DNA of 64,000 nt, taken from NCBI GenBank assembly GCA_951406725.2, contig OX597817.1:123132001-123196000 (forward strand). The letters run 5' to 3'. The notes beneath the pieces are model-generated. The model did not search any database. It was not told the DNA's origin and saw nothing but the letters and a program-made list of their open reading frames with translations. Both the position numbers and the translations under genes were made by a program. Every line of letters begins with the position of its first letter. Position 1 is the stretch's first letter. Positions 27,869-42,011 of this stretch are shown piece after piece. The stretch is from Octopus vulgaris (lineage: Eukaryota).

Positions 27869-28632
27869 CATATATATGTAATACATATATGTTTCAATAC
27901 ACTAGCAAGAATAAAAAGTATATCACCTTCATCTGATCATCATCATTTCATTATCCACTTACATTGAGGAATGCCTTCCACCTAAGGACCTACTTAAATC
28001 TAAAATCAAGGTATTTCCCTTTTGTCCACATGAATTTAAATACAACTTAGCCAAATGGTCCCATTCTTACCATAAGATTCGGTCCTTCATCCATTAATGC
28101 TTCCCTCACCACAAATTAGAAGTTAATCTTCTCCACACACAGCACCTATACACAACCATATTTAAGTGCAGTGACAGATGCATTTAAAATAGCCTCCTCT
28201 ACGTCCCTCCTGCATTTATATCCCTCTTTCCCTCAATCCCCATCAATCTCTCCACCCCATCCTTATCCACTTTCCCACTCACAGTCAGATATAGAAAACT
28301 AGGATGGACAATTGCACCTTGGATAGTGATACGCAGGACTCCTGTTAAGAGGAACATAAATCTGAAGATATTAAGAGCAAGCCTCGTTTTTGCTTTTACT
28401 CTGATTACTTTGTACTTTTTCATTCATGTTTTATTATATTTTTCTCCACAGTAACTCACAGACTTATAAAACAGGTGTGTGACTCAGGCTGCCAGTGGCT
28501 AAAGTCACAGGCAGCCTAAGTCGCAGCCATACTTTTACATCTAAGACATTGGAAATTTCTTCAGCACGAAACCACTCAGTAACTTAAATTGGCTATTATG
28601 AGAGCAATCTGCAATATTGTATAAACAGCACA

Positions 28633-28673
<41 letters not shown>

Positions 28674-28974
28674 ACACGCACAAACACACAATCACGCACA
28701 CACACACTCACATACGCGCACACACATGGACACGCATATATACAGGCACACATGTATATGTGATCTGTTTGCATCTGTCAGGCATACTCTGTTCTATAGC
28801 ATGAGATATAAATATACATACACACACTCACGCACACATATATTTATACACCTATATGTATGTATGCATACACATGAATATATGAATTCCGTTTTGCATA
28901 TTTGCATATTTCTCTATTTATTTATGTTGTTTCTTCTTATTATTGTTTCAACCTATCTTATCTATATTTCGAGA

Positions 28975-29470
28975 TCATAAAAGCTAATTATCTTGCCTGT
29001 AGCAAAGAGGCAGCAATGCAATACATTATTAAAGTGAACATAATTGTCAACAGGAGAACCTTTTAATCATACAGTACTTTTTATATAGAAGATCTCATAC
29101 AGAGACACTCAAACATTGACACTTAGCTTAGAAGGTGATATCTAAAATTGATATTTAATATCACAACACTCCTCAACTTTCAAAAGACAGAAACAAAACT
29201 TCAAGCTAATTATAAAAAATAAATGAAAGAAACACTCCTATTGAAATTTGCTTTGGGGAAGCACGATGACTATCAAGATGAAATATGATACTACTAAGTC
29301 ATAACCTAAGTTCAAATACTTTAACATATTTTATTGCTTTTCTGAGCGAAGGAACCTTATTCTATACTGCTTCTTGTTCATCTAGTTTTATTATCTGATG
29401 AGGTCCACAATCAAACTGAAACATGTTTGAGGTTGCCCACTGTACTTGCTTAAATAATGAAATTATTTTT
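28975..29470 (+). mobile_element. Highly decayed Penelope-like 3' end
   Basis: NYLACS..AMQYI resembles a GIY-YIG remnant; CTGATGA-GGT..ACT-GAAA-CATGTT at ~29395-29428. Confidence 0.35.
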
Positions 29471-29496
29471 AACATTAATCGTTAATAATACTTGTA

Positions 29497-29677
29497 GATG
29501 CGGCTATGTGGTAAGAAGATTCCTACCCAACTATATTGCTTTGTGTTTAGTTTTACTGCATAGCACCTTGGGTAAGCGTTGTCTACAATAGCCTCAGGCT
29601 GACCAAAGCCTTGTGATTGAATTACTGGACCTGCTAGATGGAAACTCTATGTAGCCCATCATGAATATACATATATT

Positions 29678-29753
<76 letters not shown>

Positions 29754-29960
29754 CGTGTGTCTATGTTTGTCCCTCACTGCCACTTGACAGCCACTTTTGG
29801 TTTGTTTATACCCCTGTAAATTAGTAGTTTGGTAATATAGACCGATAGAATAAGTAACAGACTTAAGAAAGATAAGTGCTGGTGCTGATTTACACAATTC
29901 AGCCCTTTAAATCAGTATCCCAGCATGGTCATAGTCCAATGACTGAAACAGATAAAAGAT
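29497..29960 (+). mobile_element. SINE family A, diverged
   Basis: Homologous to 25116-25538. Confidence 0.75.
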
Positions 29961-30473
29961 TAATAGTGTTTTGCTTCGTTTTGTTATGCACATTGCATAA
30001 TTATTTCCAGTTAACTTTCTCCATGCTCCTTGCAATAAATATTTTCACACTAACTTAACTTTGTGTCATGTCTGTGATGAAATTTATCTCTCAACTGCAT
30101 AATTTCGTTTAGCCATAACTGAAAGTCCCCTTTAAGTACCTTTTAGTGTTGGAAGAAGATTTTATATTGCATTTTAACATATTCTATCGTTCACTAAGAA
30201 GGCATGTTTGGCTTACTAACAATTTTCCTGATAGTTATAATGCCATGAGTTTAGTTGCTGCACTGGTAGCACATTGTGTCTTTGAAGAAAGCATTTCATT
30301 TAATGCAGCTCTAGTTAACTCAACTAAAATAATGTTTAGCTTGGTTAAGGGTAAGAGTGTGTCTATGTCTGCTCACAATTACATGACACAACTACATGGA
30401 ACCTTAAAAACACTTAAAGAAAGCGTGGTACGTCATATCAAGTCATAGGTACTTGTGAGCGATTGTTGTGACC

Positions 30474-30960
30474 CCCTTCGGTCATGAATGACCATGGGAT
30501 TGCGCCTAGAAAGTTACCCTCCGAGGCACAAGTCTGGGCAAGGTTGTTCATGGAAGACCAGCAGTCGCCGATGCAAGTCAGCCTCCCCTCTCCACACCAC
30601 CGATGTTATCCAAGGGAAAGGAAAAGGTCGATACAGCTTGGCACCAGTGATGTCGCAGCTCATTTATTAACGTGCAAGTGACTGAGCACTCCACAGACAC
30701 GTGTACTCTTAACGTAGTTATCAGGGAGTGTGACAAGGCTGGCCTTTTGAAATACAGGTACAACAGAAACAGGAAGAAAGAGTGAAAGAAAGTTGTGGTG
30801 AAAGAGCACAGCAGGGTTCACCCACCCACCCTGCTGGAGCCTTGTGGAGCTTTAGGCGTTTTCACTCAATAAACACTCACAATGCCTAGTCTGGGAATTG
30901 AAACCGTGATCCTACGACTGCGATTCCGCTGCCCTAACCGCTGGGCCATTGCGCCTCCAC
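30474..30960 (-). mobile_element. Composite SINE (family D head joined to family C-type 3' end)
   Basis: 30840-30960 is the reverse complement of the 14955 head; 30474-30665 matches 12998-13170. Confidence 0.7.
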
Positions 30961-31915
30961 ACTTGTGAGTGATAATAATCGTTTATATTCTTTTATATTC
31001 TTCTCTAACAAACCATGTCAACTAAAAATTCACTAACATTCATAGTATACATTTTCTATCCATATAAAAAAATAGACAAACATAAATTTATATCTAAGAA
31101 TCCATTTCAGTAAAAATATAAGATAACTAAAACTTAAAAATATATAGTAAATCATATCAATGTCATATTTTAGCTGCATAAACCGAGAACTTTGTTCTTT
31201 ATGCCAAGTCAATGAATGAGTTTCAGGAAAAGTTTTAAAGCCTGAAGAAATATTCCATAAATAAAATCTCTAAAACAATAAGGTTTTGGTTGGGTGTAGT
31301 AGCTTGTAAAATAATTGTGCAATTCGACAAGAATTAGTTGTTTTTATGAGGTATAATTTTTTACCAACAATCTAAAATTCTGAAAGCTTGCATCATATAT
31401 TATGGTATTTGTTCAGATTCTTAACATTATGAGTTAAGATCTTGTTGAGGTCAGTTCTGTTTCTCATTCTTTCAACATTGATAAAATAAAGTATCTGTCA
31501 AGTACTTGGAATTATGGTATTGGCTAACCCTCTCTCTTCAAAATAGCTGGCCAGTTGTCAAAATCAAAAAATATCATGAAGTGTGATTGAGAAAGGTCAT
31601 AATTTCAAACTTGGCTGAAAAGAAACCAAGGCTTCAGACGAGGCAAATGTGAAGGAGTAAATAATAATGAAATTTACAGGCAACTGAAATTAAGTGTGTA
31701 CCACACAGATTTGTTGTATCAAAAAATATATTTCAAAAAGTTAGTAAAGGAATTTTGTGCTGGAGGGGGTTATAATAACTGTATAGTAACTAAACCAAAA
31801 TATTCAAATTGACAACTCTATTCGGTGCGGAACAAAATGACTAGTTAAAAGGTTTGCTTCCCAACTCTCTGATTCTAGGTTTCATTCCTAGTATGTGACA
31901 TTGGATTTTTGACTA

Positions 31916-32438
31916 CCGTAAATCCTCGAGTATAATCCGCACTTTTTCCCCAAAATTTAAAGGTCAAAATCCCTAGTGCGTACTATATACGAGGTTAAAC
32001 ATTTAAAATATTTTCTAAGCAATGTCAGAGTCTCTATTTGCTGTCCGGCAATGTTTATTCAGACGCATTTTGTGATGTCGGACGGGAAAATACCTTAAGC
32101 TAAGCTTGAAAGCAGTGAAGTCATAAAAGAATCATCCATAACTTGCAGTAAGCAACATTTATTAAAATACAAGTATTCAGAACACAGAATAACATGTAAC
32201 AAAAACAATTTGCAAACATATTTACATTCCCTTATAACAGTTAAGAACATCACCATTATTGTATTACACATGCGCGGAAGTGTTTGTTCGACTAGGTGCT
32301 GCTGTCTTAATTACGTTCAACTCAAGTTAGAGAAGGGGTGCGTATTATACACAAGGTTTAGTTTTTTCAGAAGTACAGCCCCCCTAAAAATCCACTGCAT
32401 ATTATACTCAAGGGTGGACTATACTCAAGGATTTACGG
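31916..32438. mobile_element. Tc1/mariner-superfamily (pogo/Tc2-like) MITE
   Basis: TIRs CCGTAAATCCTCGAGTATA / TATACTCAAGGATTTACGG, TA on both sides, subterminal repeats of the TIR core. Confidence 0.85.
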
Positions 32439-33210
32439 TATTGCTGCTGTTTAACACAAAAAAGTTTTGAGTGAACTGAATGAAAGTCTGTCCTGTGGAC
32501 TATATCTAATCTCAGTGAAAGTACATTTGATCTGTGACCAGTGTAATACCAACACATGGCCTTCTGTATCTGTTGCAAAATTCCTCAGTTCAAAAGAAGG
32601 CTCCAACCATCTCTTTTCAGACAGAGACAAAAGTCACAAAACTTTAGACACTTCTTTGTTACCATGTAAGCAGCATTTAAAAGTGAAAACAAAATGGGGT
32701 TTCTTCCCCACCAACAAAAGATACACCGAATAAGATAAGTTTAGGGAATACAAGGCATTATAATTGTGAGACACGAGCGTTTAGTGTGTAAGGTTTGTGC
32801 CAGGTTGGAGAGCAGTCAGCTGAAAATTTAAATGCTGTGTTAAGTATTGTGAAGTAACGTATTGTTGATTTATTGGCAGATAACAAGTGAGATGAGAAAA
32901 TGGTAAGACCTAAAAGACAGAACTGTAAGAGTGGAAGAGACATAGTGGTTCTGTGTTGACAGATGGTTATGGTTCTGTGTGTGATTTTCACAACAGCTAA
33001 GTTAATATGTGCTGAAGGCTGATAGCATAAGTTATCCTTGTGGCAAAGGAGAAAATGCAGGGGGGATATAGAGAAAATTGGTAAAGTTATACCTATAGAG
33101 GTGAAGATTTATAGATGGAATGGCACATGGTGAAAGAAAATAAGGAAAAGGATAACCTATCTATACTGCAAACTTATCTAACCCACACATGGGAAAATGG
33201 AAAACAAAAT

Positions 33211-33326
33211 GATGATGGCACTGACGATGATGATGATGATGATGATGAGGAGGAGGAGGAGGAGGATGAGGATGATGATGATGATGACGGAGATGATGAC
33301 GACGACGACGACGACGACGATGATGA
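33211..33326. repeat. Compound (GAT/GAG/GAC)n microsatellite
   Basis: Direct reading. Confidence 0.9.
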
Positions 33327-34376
33327 TATATCTCAATGCCTTATAGCCCCTACAACCCAATTAGCAAGAGATTACAAAAAAATTAAGAATATGTGTTTCT
33401 GTGTTTATGTGTGGTTATATATATATGTGTTACAATCTATATGTATGAATCTATACATACACATATATAAAAGTATGAATCTATATCTACATGCACACAT
33501 AAATATGTATGAATACATACACACATACACACATATATAAATATATATATATATGAATGTATATGTGTATGTTCATGTATATATATATATATATATATAT
33601 ATATGAATGTATATGTTCATGTATGTGTATATGCGTACAGGAGTGTGCATGTCTGTGATACGTGAGCATGTATATAAAAAGAAAGATATTCTTTTGTATA
33701 TATGAACGTTTCTGAGATTTTCTCCCTCATTAGCGCACCAGGATAACAAAAAAAAGCACCAATAAAAAAAAACAAATATAAAAGGGTAATAGCAAAACAA
33801 AATGAGTCTTCATTCTATCAATGTTGTTTTGGGGCCACCAGAATGTTTCCAGATATTAAAATTCCATCATTATACTTTAAAAAAAAAGCATTTCAGAAAA
33901 AAAAGAAAAAATCAGCACAAAGAAATTGCAGTCAGAAAATTTTGTAACTTTATTGCTTTGTAAGAGAAGACCTTGTTTATTTCATGTACAATACAGAAAG
34001 GAAAAACAAAATGATATTTAAAAAATTAGATAAGAAAACTTCTGTTTTCAAATCTTGCTTTATTATTTTAATTCTCGTGTCATGGTGACCTAAAACAGCA
34101 TCTAAGATATAAGAAAATAATGTATTAGCATACAGGAGGTTTATTTTTATCAACATTGTCTGAATGCATACAGAAATATATGTATATTTATGTATGCATA
34201 TATATATATATATGTATGTGTGTGTATGTGTGTATGTATACACGCACACATGCATATCTATCTATCAATTTATCTATATACATATCTATTTATATATAAG
34301 CATATATGCGTGTGTGTATGTGTGTGTGTGTGAGTGTATATGTGAGTGTATATATATATATATAATGTGAATGTGC

Positions 34377-34417
<41 letters not shown>

Positions 34418-34959
34418 GTATGGTGTGGGAGTGTATACTGATGTCATCTGTTGTCCTGTTTCTAACCATATTTTCATGCCCTGTTTGCCCCTAAGTCTGT
34501 ATTCAATTTATTTATTTCACTTTGTATGTCCACATTTTGTTTTGTTTCGTGCTTGTCCCTCGTCCATCTACTAATGGTCTCGTCTTTCTTGAATCACATT
34601 TCTTTCATGGATGTATGTTCACTTTCTGTATTGCATATTGTTTATTTCTTGTTTGTTTGCTCACTTTTTGTCATGTGTGGTCCTTGTTCGTGGGTTCACC
34701 ATTTCCCAGGGTCTTCTTGGGGCTAGTGCCACCAGAGGGGACCAATATTAGTGTTGAAGGTGTGAAATTGCATTTGACATCCAGGCTGAAAACTGATGAG
34801 GATTTGGTGACCTTCTGTATCTATTTTCCATTTGTTGGTGCATTTATTATATGCGTTTTAAATTATACATACATTCTTTTATTCCTTTACTCATTTCAGC
34901 TATGCAGCTGTGGTCATCACCATATATTGGAGCACCACCTATATATATGTATATATATA

Positions 34960-34975
34960 TCATCATCATCATCAC

Positions 34976-35022
<47 letters not shown>

Positions 35023-36706
35023 CAATCATCATCATCATCATCATCATCACAATCATCATCATCATCATCATCATCATCACCATCATCATCGTTTAACGTC
35101 CGTTTTCCATACTAGCATGGGTTGGATGGTTTGACTTAGGTCTGGAGAACCAGCGGTTGCACCAGGCTCCAATCTGATCTGGCAATGTTTCTACAGCTGG
35201 ATGCCCTTCCTAATGCCAACCACTCTGAGAGTCTATTGGGTGCTTTTTACGTGCCACTAGCACAGGAGCCAGGCAGGCAGGCCTGGGATCGATCATGTTC
35301 GGATAGTGCTCTTTACATGCCATGGCACAGGAACTAGTCAGGGGGCAATAGCATTGGCCATGTTCAGATGGTGCTTTTTATGTGTCACTAGCTCAGGAGC
35401 CAGTAAGGGGTTACTGGCATCGGCCACGTTCGGATGGTGCTTTTTATGTGCCGCCTGCACAGGAGCCTGTCAGGGAGCACTGGCCACAGCTATGATATTG
35501 ATTTTATTCGGCTCACCAGATCTTCTCAAGCATAACATATCGCCTGACACATCAGGGGTACTCTTAACTGGGCCGGACATGCATGGCTGCGATCTCACTT
35601 TAGTTGCCAGGTCTTCTCGATCACATCATATCTCCAAAGGTCTTGGTCTCCTGTCATTGTCTCTGTGGGGCCCCTATGTTCGATGTTCACACGTCATCAT
35701 CTCATCCCATATCTTTCTAGGTCTACCTCTTCTACGGGTTCCTTCAACAGTTACTGAGTGGCACTTCCTCACACAGCTGTCCTCATCCATACATAGCACA
35801 TGACCATACCAGTACAGTTGTTTCTCTTCCACACCAAATTTGATGCTCCTTATGCCCAACTTTTCTCTCAGGGTGCTTACACTCTGTTGCGTATGCACAC
35901 TGACATTACACATCCAGCGGATCATACTAGCTTTGTTTCTTTCAAGCCTATGCATGTCCTCTGCAGTCATGGCCCATGTTTCACTGTCATGTAGCATGGC
36001 GGTTCACACACATTCATCATACAGTCTACCTTCCATCCTGAGCGAGAGGCCCTTAGTTGCCAGAAGAGGTAGGAACCCCCCTTTGCATAGGCTATTCTTA
36101 TTCTAGCCGCTACACTCTCAGAGCAACCACCCCAACTACAGACTTCTAGTTTCTCCCACTGGCATGTGAAGGAATCTGTTTTCTGTACAACTTCAGTATT
36201 TATTGCCCCTGTGCATATGCCATATACAAAAACTATCTTCCCATTAACTTTGCTTTGATATTACTGCATAGCTTACACCAGATACATCATCTGGAATTTC
36301 TACCCATACTTTTCCTACAGATTGAGCAGGGCCATCTACATGAAGGTGTTTGTGAATTGGCAGCTTTCCTACTTTGATTTTTGCTAGATTAATTCTGAGG
36401 CCCTTCGATTCTAGACCTTGCTTCCACACGTCTCAAGTTCTGGCAGTGACTCGGTTATTAGAGGAAAGTCATCAACATAGAGAAGCTCCCAGGGGCAGCC
36501 TGTATTGAATTCCTCTGTTATTGCCTGGAGGACTATAATGAACAAGAGGGCGCTGAGAACTGATCCTTGGTGAACACCTACTTCTATTTTGAATTCTTCA
36601 CTATATTCATTGCCAAACCTCACCTTACTGACAGCATACCTGTACAGGGTTTGTACAGCTCTTACCAACCACTTGTCTATCCCCAGTTTCCACGTTGACC
36701 ACCATA
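34960..36706 (-). mobile_element. RTE-clade LINE, 5'-truncated, degenerate RT + 3' UTR + (GAT)n tail
   Basis: Fragments VGVHQGSVLSALLFIIV, ELLYVDD, GLRINLAKIKV, SETWA..RLE..MIRWMC, WYGHV, RRRGRPRK.W; UTR ends GGACGTTAAACGATGATG. Confidence 0.92.
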
Positions 36707-36834
36707 TATGGAATTGACGGATCTGCTACTCCCCTGCTACACCCACTCTTCCAGGTATTCTGAGCCTGTTTCTTTGCTCTAATGACCCTTTCTATAGTGT
36801 TGCTCCATCTCCATGCTACCCTAGATATGGAAGG

Positions 36835-37030
36835 GACTTGACACCAGCCACAGCTGGATGGGATGCCACTCCATCACAGGATTACTCATTTTTGCTAGCT
36901 TAGTGGACTGGAACAACATGAAATGAAGTGCTTTGCTCAAAAACACATGTTACCTAGTCCGGGAATTGAAACCACAATCTGATGATCATGAGTCCAACAC
37001 CCTAACCACTAAGCCATGTGTCTCCACTAT
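36835..37030 (-). mobile_element. SINE family C-like
   Basis: Minus TGGCTTAGTGGTTAGG...GGTTTCAATTCCCGGAC...TTGAGCAAAGCACTT. Confidence 0.7.
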
Positions 37031-37094
37031 GCTGTAATGAAAGTATTGCGAATTATTTTACTGATCCTCATTAATCCTATAGATGAAAGTTTCT

Positions 37095-37539
37095 CTCTTG
37101 CAAGTATTTGGTGACACTGTCAGTGCAGTTGCAACATAAAAGCACCAAGTCCTCATTGTAAAGTGGTTGGTGTTCGGAAGAGCATCCAGCTGTAAAAACC
37201 TTGCCAAAAGTGACCTCACTTGTGCATGTGCCACGTAAAAAGCACTACCTACCTTGCCTGTGCTTGTGCCACATAAAAAGCACTGCTCACCTTGCCAGTG
37301 CTTGTGCTATGCAAAAAGCACTAAGTCCACTCTGCTGAATGGTTGGTGTTAGGAAGGGCATCCAGCTGTAAAACTCCTGCCAAAACAGTCACAGATGTCT
37401 GGTACAGACTTTAGGCTCACCAGTTCTTGTGGTACTGTCTGACCCATGTTAGCATGAAACATGGACGTTAAATGATGATGATGATGATGAGGACGATGAC
37501 GACAATGATGACGATGTTTGTGGTGGTGGTGGTCATGGA

Positions 37540-37595
<56 letters not shown>

Positions 37596-37612
37596 GGATG
37601 AGGATGATGATG
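37095..37612 (+). mobile_element. RTE 3' UTR fragment with (GAT)n tail
   Basis: AGGAAGGGCATCCAGCTGTA...CCCATGTTAGCATG..GGACGTTAAATGATGATG, matching 35090-35230 reversed. Confidence 0.8.
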
Positions 37613-37983
37613 CAGAGTTCGAATCTTGCTGGTAATTATTAATTGCACTTACTCAATAATGTCCTTTGGTGATATACATATTCATGTGAAAATAATATAT
37701 TCTTTGAATTTATTTGTAGAGGGAATGACTGATCCTCTATTGAGGGATATCTTCTAGGATCATTTTATAATATTAGGTCTTTCGCTTGTTTCTTTTGATT
37801 GTATGTAGCCATACAGGAGCTTTGATTTCAAGTATATTCAATTATATTCACTTGTCCATTAATACAACCTATTGCCTGGACAAATTTTATCTATCATAAA
37901 ATGAACTGAAATTAGGTGTAATTCTTAATATTGCAAGGTATTTTGAAGGACGTTCAAAATATGTACTGCCAGCTAGAACTATA

Positions 37984-38196
37984 CATGAGGGTCAATTGAA
38001 AAGTTCATAAGTTACCCAAGGTATTCTCCTTCAATGTGACCGAATGAGGTTCATTTTCCAACAATCTCCTCGTTGCAGTCCCCTTCTATGAAGGAAGAAG
38101 TCTGTGAACTGCAAGGAGGATTACGTTGAAAAATAAATTTGATCACATTCCATGAGAGTATCTTGGTCAGTCTATGAATTTTTCAGTTGACCCTTG
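37984..38196. mobile_element. Mariner-derived MITE
   Basis: TIRs GAGGGTCAATTGAAAAGTTCATA / TATGAATTTTTCAGTTGACCCTTG with flanking TA. Confidence 0.75.
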
Positions 38197-38361
38197 TATA
38201 ACGGACTTCTCTCAGATTCTCTCTATCAAATCCACTCGCAAGACATTGGTTGGGCAGCAGCTATAGTGGAAGACACATACCCAAGATGCCAACAGTGGAA
38301 CTGAACCCAGATCCATGTAGTTGTGAAGTAACCTTCTTATGACACATGTATGCTGTAAACA

Positions 38362-38423
<62 letters not shown>

Positions 38424-38695
38424 GTGAAAACAAACAGGGAGGGCTGCTAAGCTTAAACGAGGTTGTGGTGGCGAATGCGTAAACTAAGCTTGGACAGGAG
38501 ACAAACAAGAACACATCTTCCTTGTTCCAGTTACAATGGAGAGAAAGAAAGATGGCTGATGGTCATGTGGGAGCCACGCGATCAACGGAGGAGGAGTGAG
38601 TTAGAGAGTGACAGTGTAATAGGATAGAATAGCGGGAGAAGAGGAGGTAAAAGAATAAGAGAGAGATACATATACATGCATACAAACATATACAT

Positions 38696-39372
38696 ATGAG
38701 TGGGGAGTCAAAAAGTATCTGCACTTTCGCCATAACATATCTTTATTATTGTCATACTGCCTTCTGAACATGTTTGCTTATGGATGGTACTCTTGTTGTC
38801 ACAAGATCGAAGTTTGAGCCTCATCATGCCATTTTTCTTTCTTGTTTTACAGTGTAAGCATGGTTGCTCCACGAGCAATGTGCACCAAAGAAGAACAGAG
38901 TGCAGTGTTCCGATTTCTCTGGTTGGAAGGTGTGTCAGGTGCTGAAATTAATCAGAGGCTTTTAGCACAATTGATTAATGGTTTCAATTGTCTGGGCAGC
39001 CATGTGTGGGCATGTATTGTCCTGCAACAACAAAACTTTCTTTGAAAATAGGCTTTTGCGTTTGGTTCTAATTACTGGCTTCAGTTTCTTGGCCAGCAAA
39101 GCACTGTATCTTGCACCCCTTTTCCAGCACTTGACACTCTTTCTGGCCAGAGAAATTGGATCACTGTTCTTTGTTCTCCTTCGGTGTACATTGCTAGTGG
39201 AACGGCCATGCTTACACTGTAAAGCCAGAAAGAAATGCAGCATGACCAGGCTCAAACTTCGATCACATGACCACAACAGTACCAACTATAGAAATGCATG
39301 CGCAGAAGGCAGTGTGACAATAGTAAGGATACGTTTTGTTGAATGTGCTGATAATTTTTAACTTTCCCCTTC
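38696..39372. mobile_element. Rearranged mariner relic
   Basis: Degenerate TIRs; + strand transposase N-terminus TKEEQSAVFRFLWLEGVSGAEI; - strand catalytic fragment LKPVIRTKRK..VLLLQDNTCPH. Confidence 0.8.
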
Positions 39373-40934
39373 TATATACATACATACATACGAACATACA
39401 CACACAGGAACAGACAGACAGACAAATAGACACACACACACACACACGCATGCATAAATATAATCTATTGATATATATTGTATATACAATAGCTTGAATA
39501 GTACACAGTATGATTCTTCCATCAGGTAGTATAAATATAATTTGGTTGTATTAATTCTTAAAAGGTTCGTAATTATATATGAATTACATATTGCTCTTTC
39601 CTCTCCATTTATACCTTTATATACAGTCTCAAAGCATCCTTTGAGGATAACAGCTAAGGAATATGTGCTTTATCAGCTCTATGTGCTTTAACATATTCAT
39701 GTTAAACATACTTATTGGCTATCATTGTGCTTTTCATAATAGATAAAATATCGTTTTTTGTCATAAACTGAATTCATATCAGAGATGTTGAATCATCTAG
39801 CCATTTTATAACTTAAATGCTGTTGAATTTGCAATGTTTATTTCCTTTTTCCTTGCCTCTTACATTATGTAGTAGACAATGTGAATTTGTTACATGAGCA
39901 AAATATATATGTATTTTCTTTCTTTGCTGTGTTATTCATATAATCATTCAATTTAAATTGTATTTGGTGGTTTTGTTCTTTGTTATGAAACTTAGATATA
40001 TTTATTGATACGCTTGCAAAAACAACAACAGCAGTAGCAGCAACTGCAACAACAGCAAAAACTTCTTAAAGTATCAATATATCCATAAATATGAATTAAT
40101 AAATTTTCTTGGATGATGTGAAGAATAAATTGTCAGAATGCATTAACATTGTTAGGATAATTTTTTTACTATTGAAGGTTAATCTATTAAAGATCTCATT
40201 TGTGTTATTAAGAACTATATATCATTGATTTGGAAATAATTTGCCAAGGGTCTGATGTTTTGTCAAATGTGGAACAATAACTTTCTGATTCTTTAGAGAG
40301 GGTTTTGGCAATAAAAATAAAACTTAGAAAAATCATCTAAGTTTAATAGATATAAGCAAGTTTTAATAAATTATGTTTTACCAAGTTTGAATTAAACAAC
40401 ATAAAAATCAAAGCTTTTTGTTGGAAACTTACAATAACAATGTTATCTGATGTCACGTGTATAATGTTGTATAACATCTCTTTCTCTCTCTCTCCCTTTC
40501 TCTCCCTTTCTCTCTCTCTCCCTCCCTTTCTTTCTCTTTCTCTCTCTCTCCCTCTCTCTTGGTTATTGCGATTTAAGATGGAAACGTTGGATGTGAAGAA
40601 GAAATGAGGCTGAATTACTCAAGTGAAAATCAAACCTGTGTCGCTGATGTATATTACCAGAGGTTTACTACCATACTACAGTGCACACACAGTCATGTTT
40701 ATATCATAGAAGAAAAGCTGCATTTCTTCAAAATGATTAAACTTCCATTCACTCACTTAAGTTCACATATTTCTTTCAATACTTCTTAATTTATTATTAG
40801 TTGGTCATCAGCACCAAGTGATAGATATTGTTACCACGGACACAGACAAACTGGAACCATCAGAAATATAAGTCTATTATCTAAGATCTTCCATTGTTAA
40901 GACTCATTCAATTGTATGTTATTAATTTTAGCAC

Positions 40935-41590
40935 AATGGCAACGAGATGGCAGAATTGTTAACACACTTAGCAAAATGTTTATCTGCATTTCGTCTGTCC
41001 TTAGGCTCTGATTTCAGATTCCGCCAAGGTAGACTTTGCCTTTCGTCATTTTGGGGTCAATAAAATATGTACAAGTTAAGCACTGGTATCAATCTAAATG
41101 GCTTGCCCACTCCTTTGAACGTGCTGGCCTTGTGCCAAAATTTGAAACCAATATGAATTTTAGCACAAAAGCAGTGAGTTGGAAGAATCGTTAAAATGCT
41201 AGACAAAGCACTTAGGGGCATTTCTTCTGGCTTTGTGCTCTGAGCTGAAATTCTGTGGAGGTCGAATATACCTCTCATCCTTTCAGGATTGATAAAATAA
41301 GTGCCAGTTGAGTACTGGGGTCGTCGCTATAACTGACTTGATCCCTCCTCCAAAATTCCAGGCTTTGTGCCTATTGTAGAAAGAATTATCAGTCAGCTTA
41401 AAAGGTGGTGGATTTGAAAAATCAGTAAAACTTCAGGAAAGTTCCTTGTGGTATTTATTTCAGTTTTTCACATCTTGAGTTCAAATCCCACTGGATTCCA
41501 CTTTGCATTTCATGCTTTCAAGGTTGATAAAAGAATGCCAACCCAGGGCGGTGGAATCGCTAGCAGGTTGGACAAGGTATTTTGCAGTAT
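40935..41590 (+). mobile_element. Cluster of diverged SINE family B copies
   Basis: At least three head-to-tail matches to 11593-11760. Confidence 0.65.
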
Positions 41591-42011
41591 TTTTGCTTCC
41601 TGACAGCGACCTCTCTGCAACGACACTGGTGCGAAACTAAGCTGGCAGCCTTTCTCATGGATAAACATTAGTTAAATGGAGAGAGAAATTTGAACATAAG
41701 GTCAACAGTCATTCTTCCCGGCAAAGTTTTTCCAGACTTGCTCAAATCTGTGCAGATGCTTGGTTAAACATAACTTATAAAGGCCCCTTATATAACACAG
41801 TTTAACCAGAAAATATTCATTCAATATTGCCGAAAGAAATAAGGAGTTTCAAAAGGTACAAGAAGTTAATAACTCTTTAGCATTTAAACCTGCCATATCC
41901 AGCCAAAATATTTAGCCTGTTTTATGTTTAAACCATCTGGATTTGGCTTCTCACACCTACACTACTACGTCAGATAAGGCATGATTAAAATCACCCACTA
42001 CACCCTTGGAG

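Noticed and set aside
30146-30448. 100-aa ORF or possible exon
   Set aside because: No recognisable homology or convincing splice signals on either strand
33115-33540. Acidic 141-aa ORF
   Set aside because: The poly-D/E run is a trinucleotide microsatellite; the remainder runs into TA repeats
34720-34802. CTGATGA at ~34793 and nearby GAAA
   Set aside because: Elements are in the wrong order or too degenerate to assemble a hammerhead
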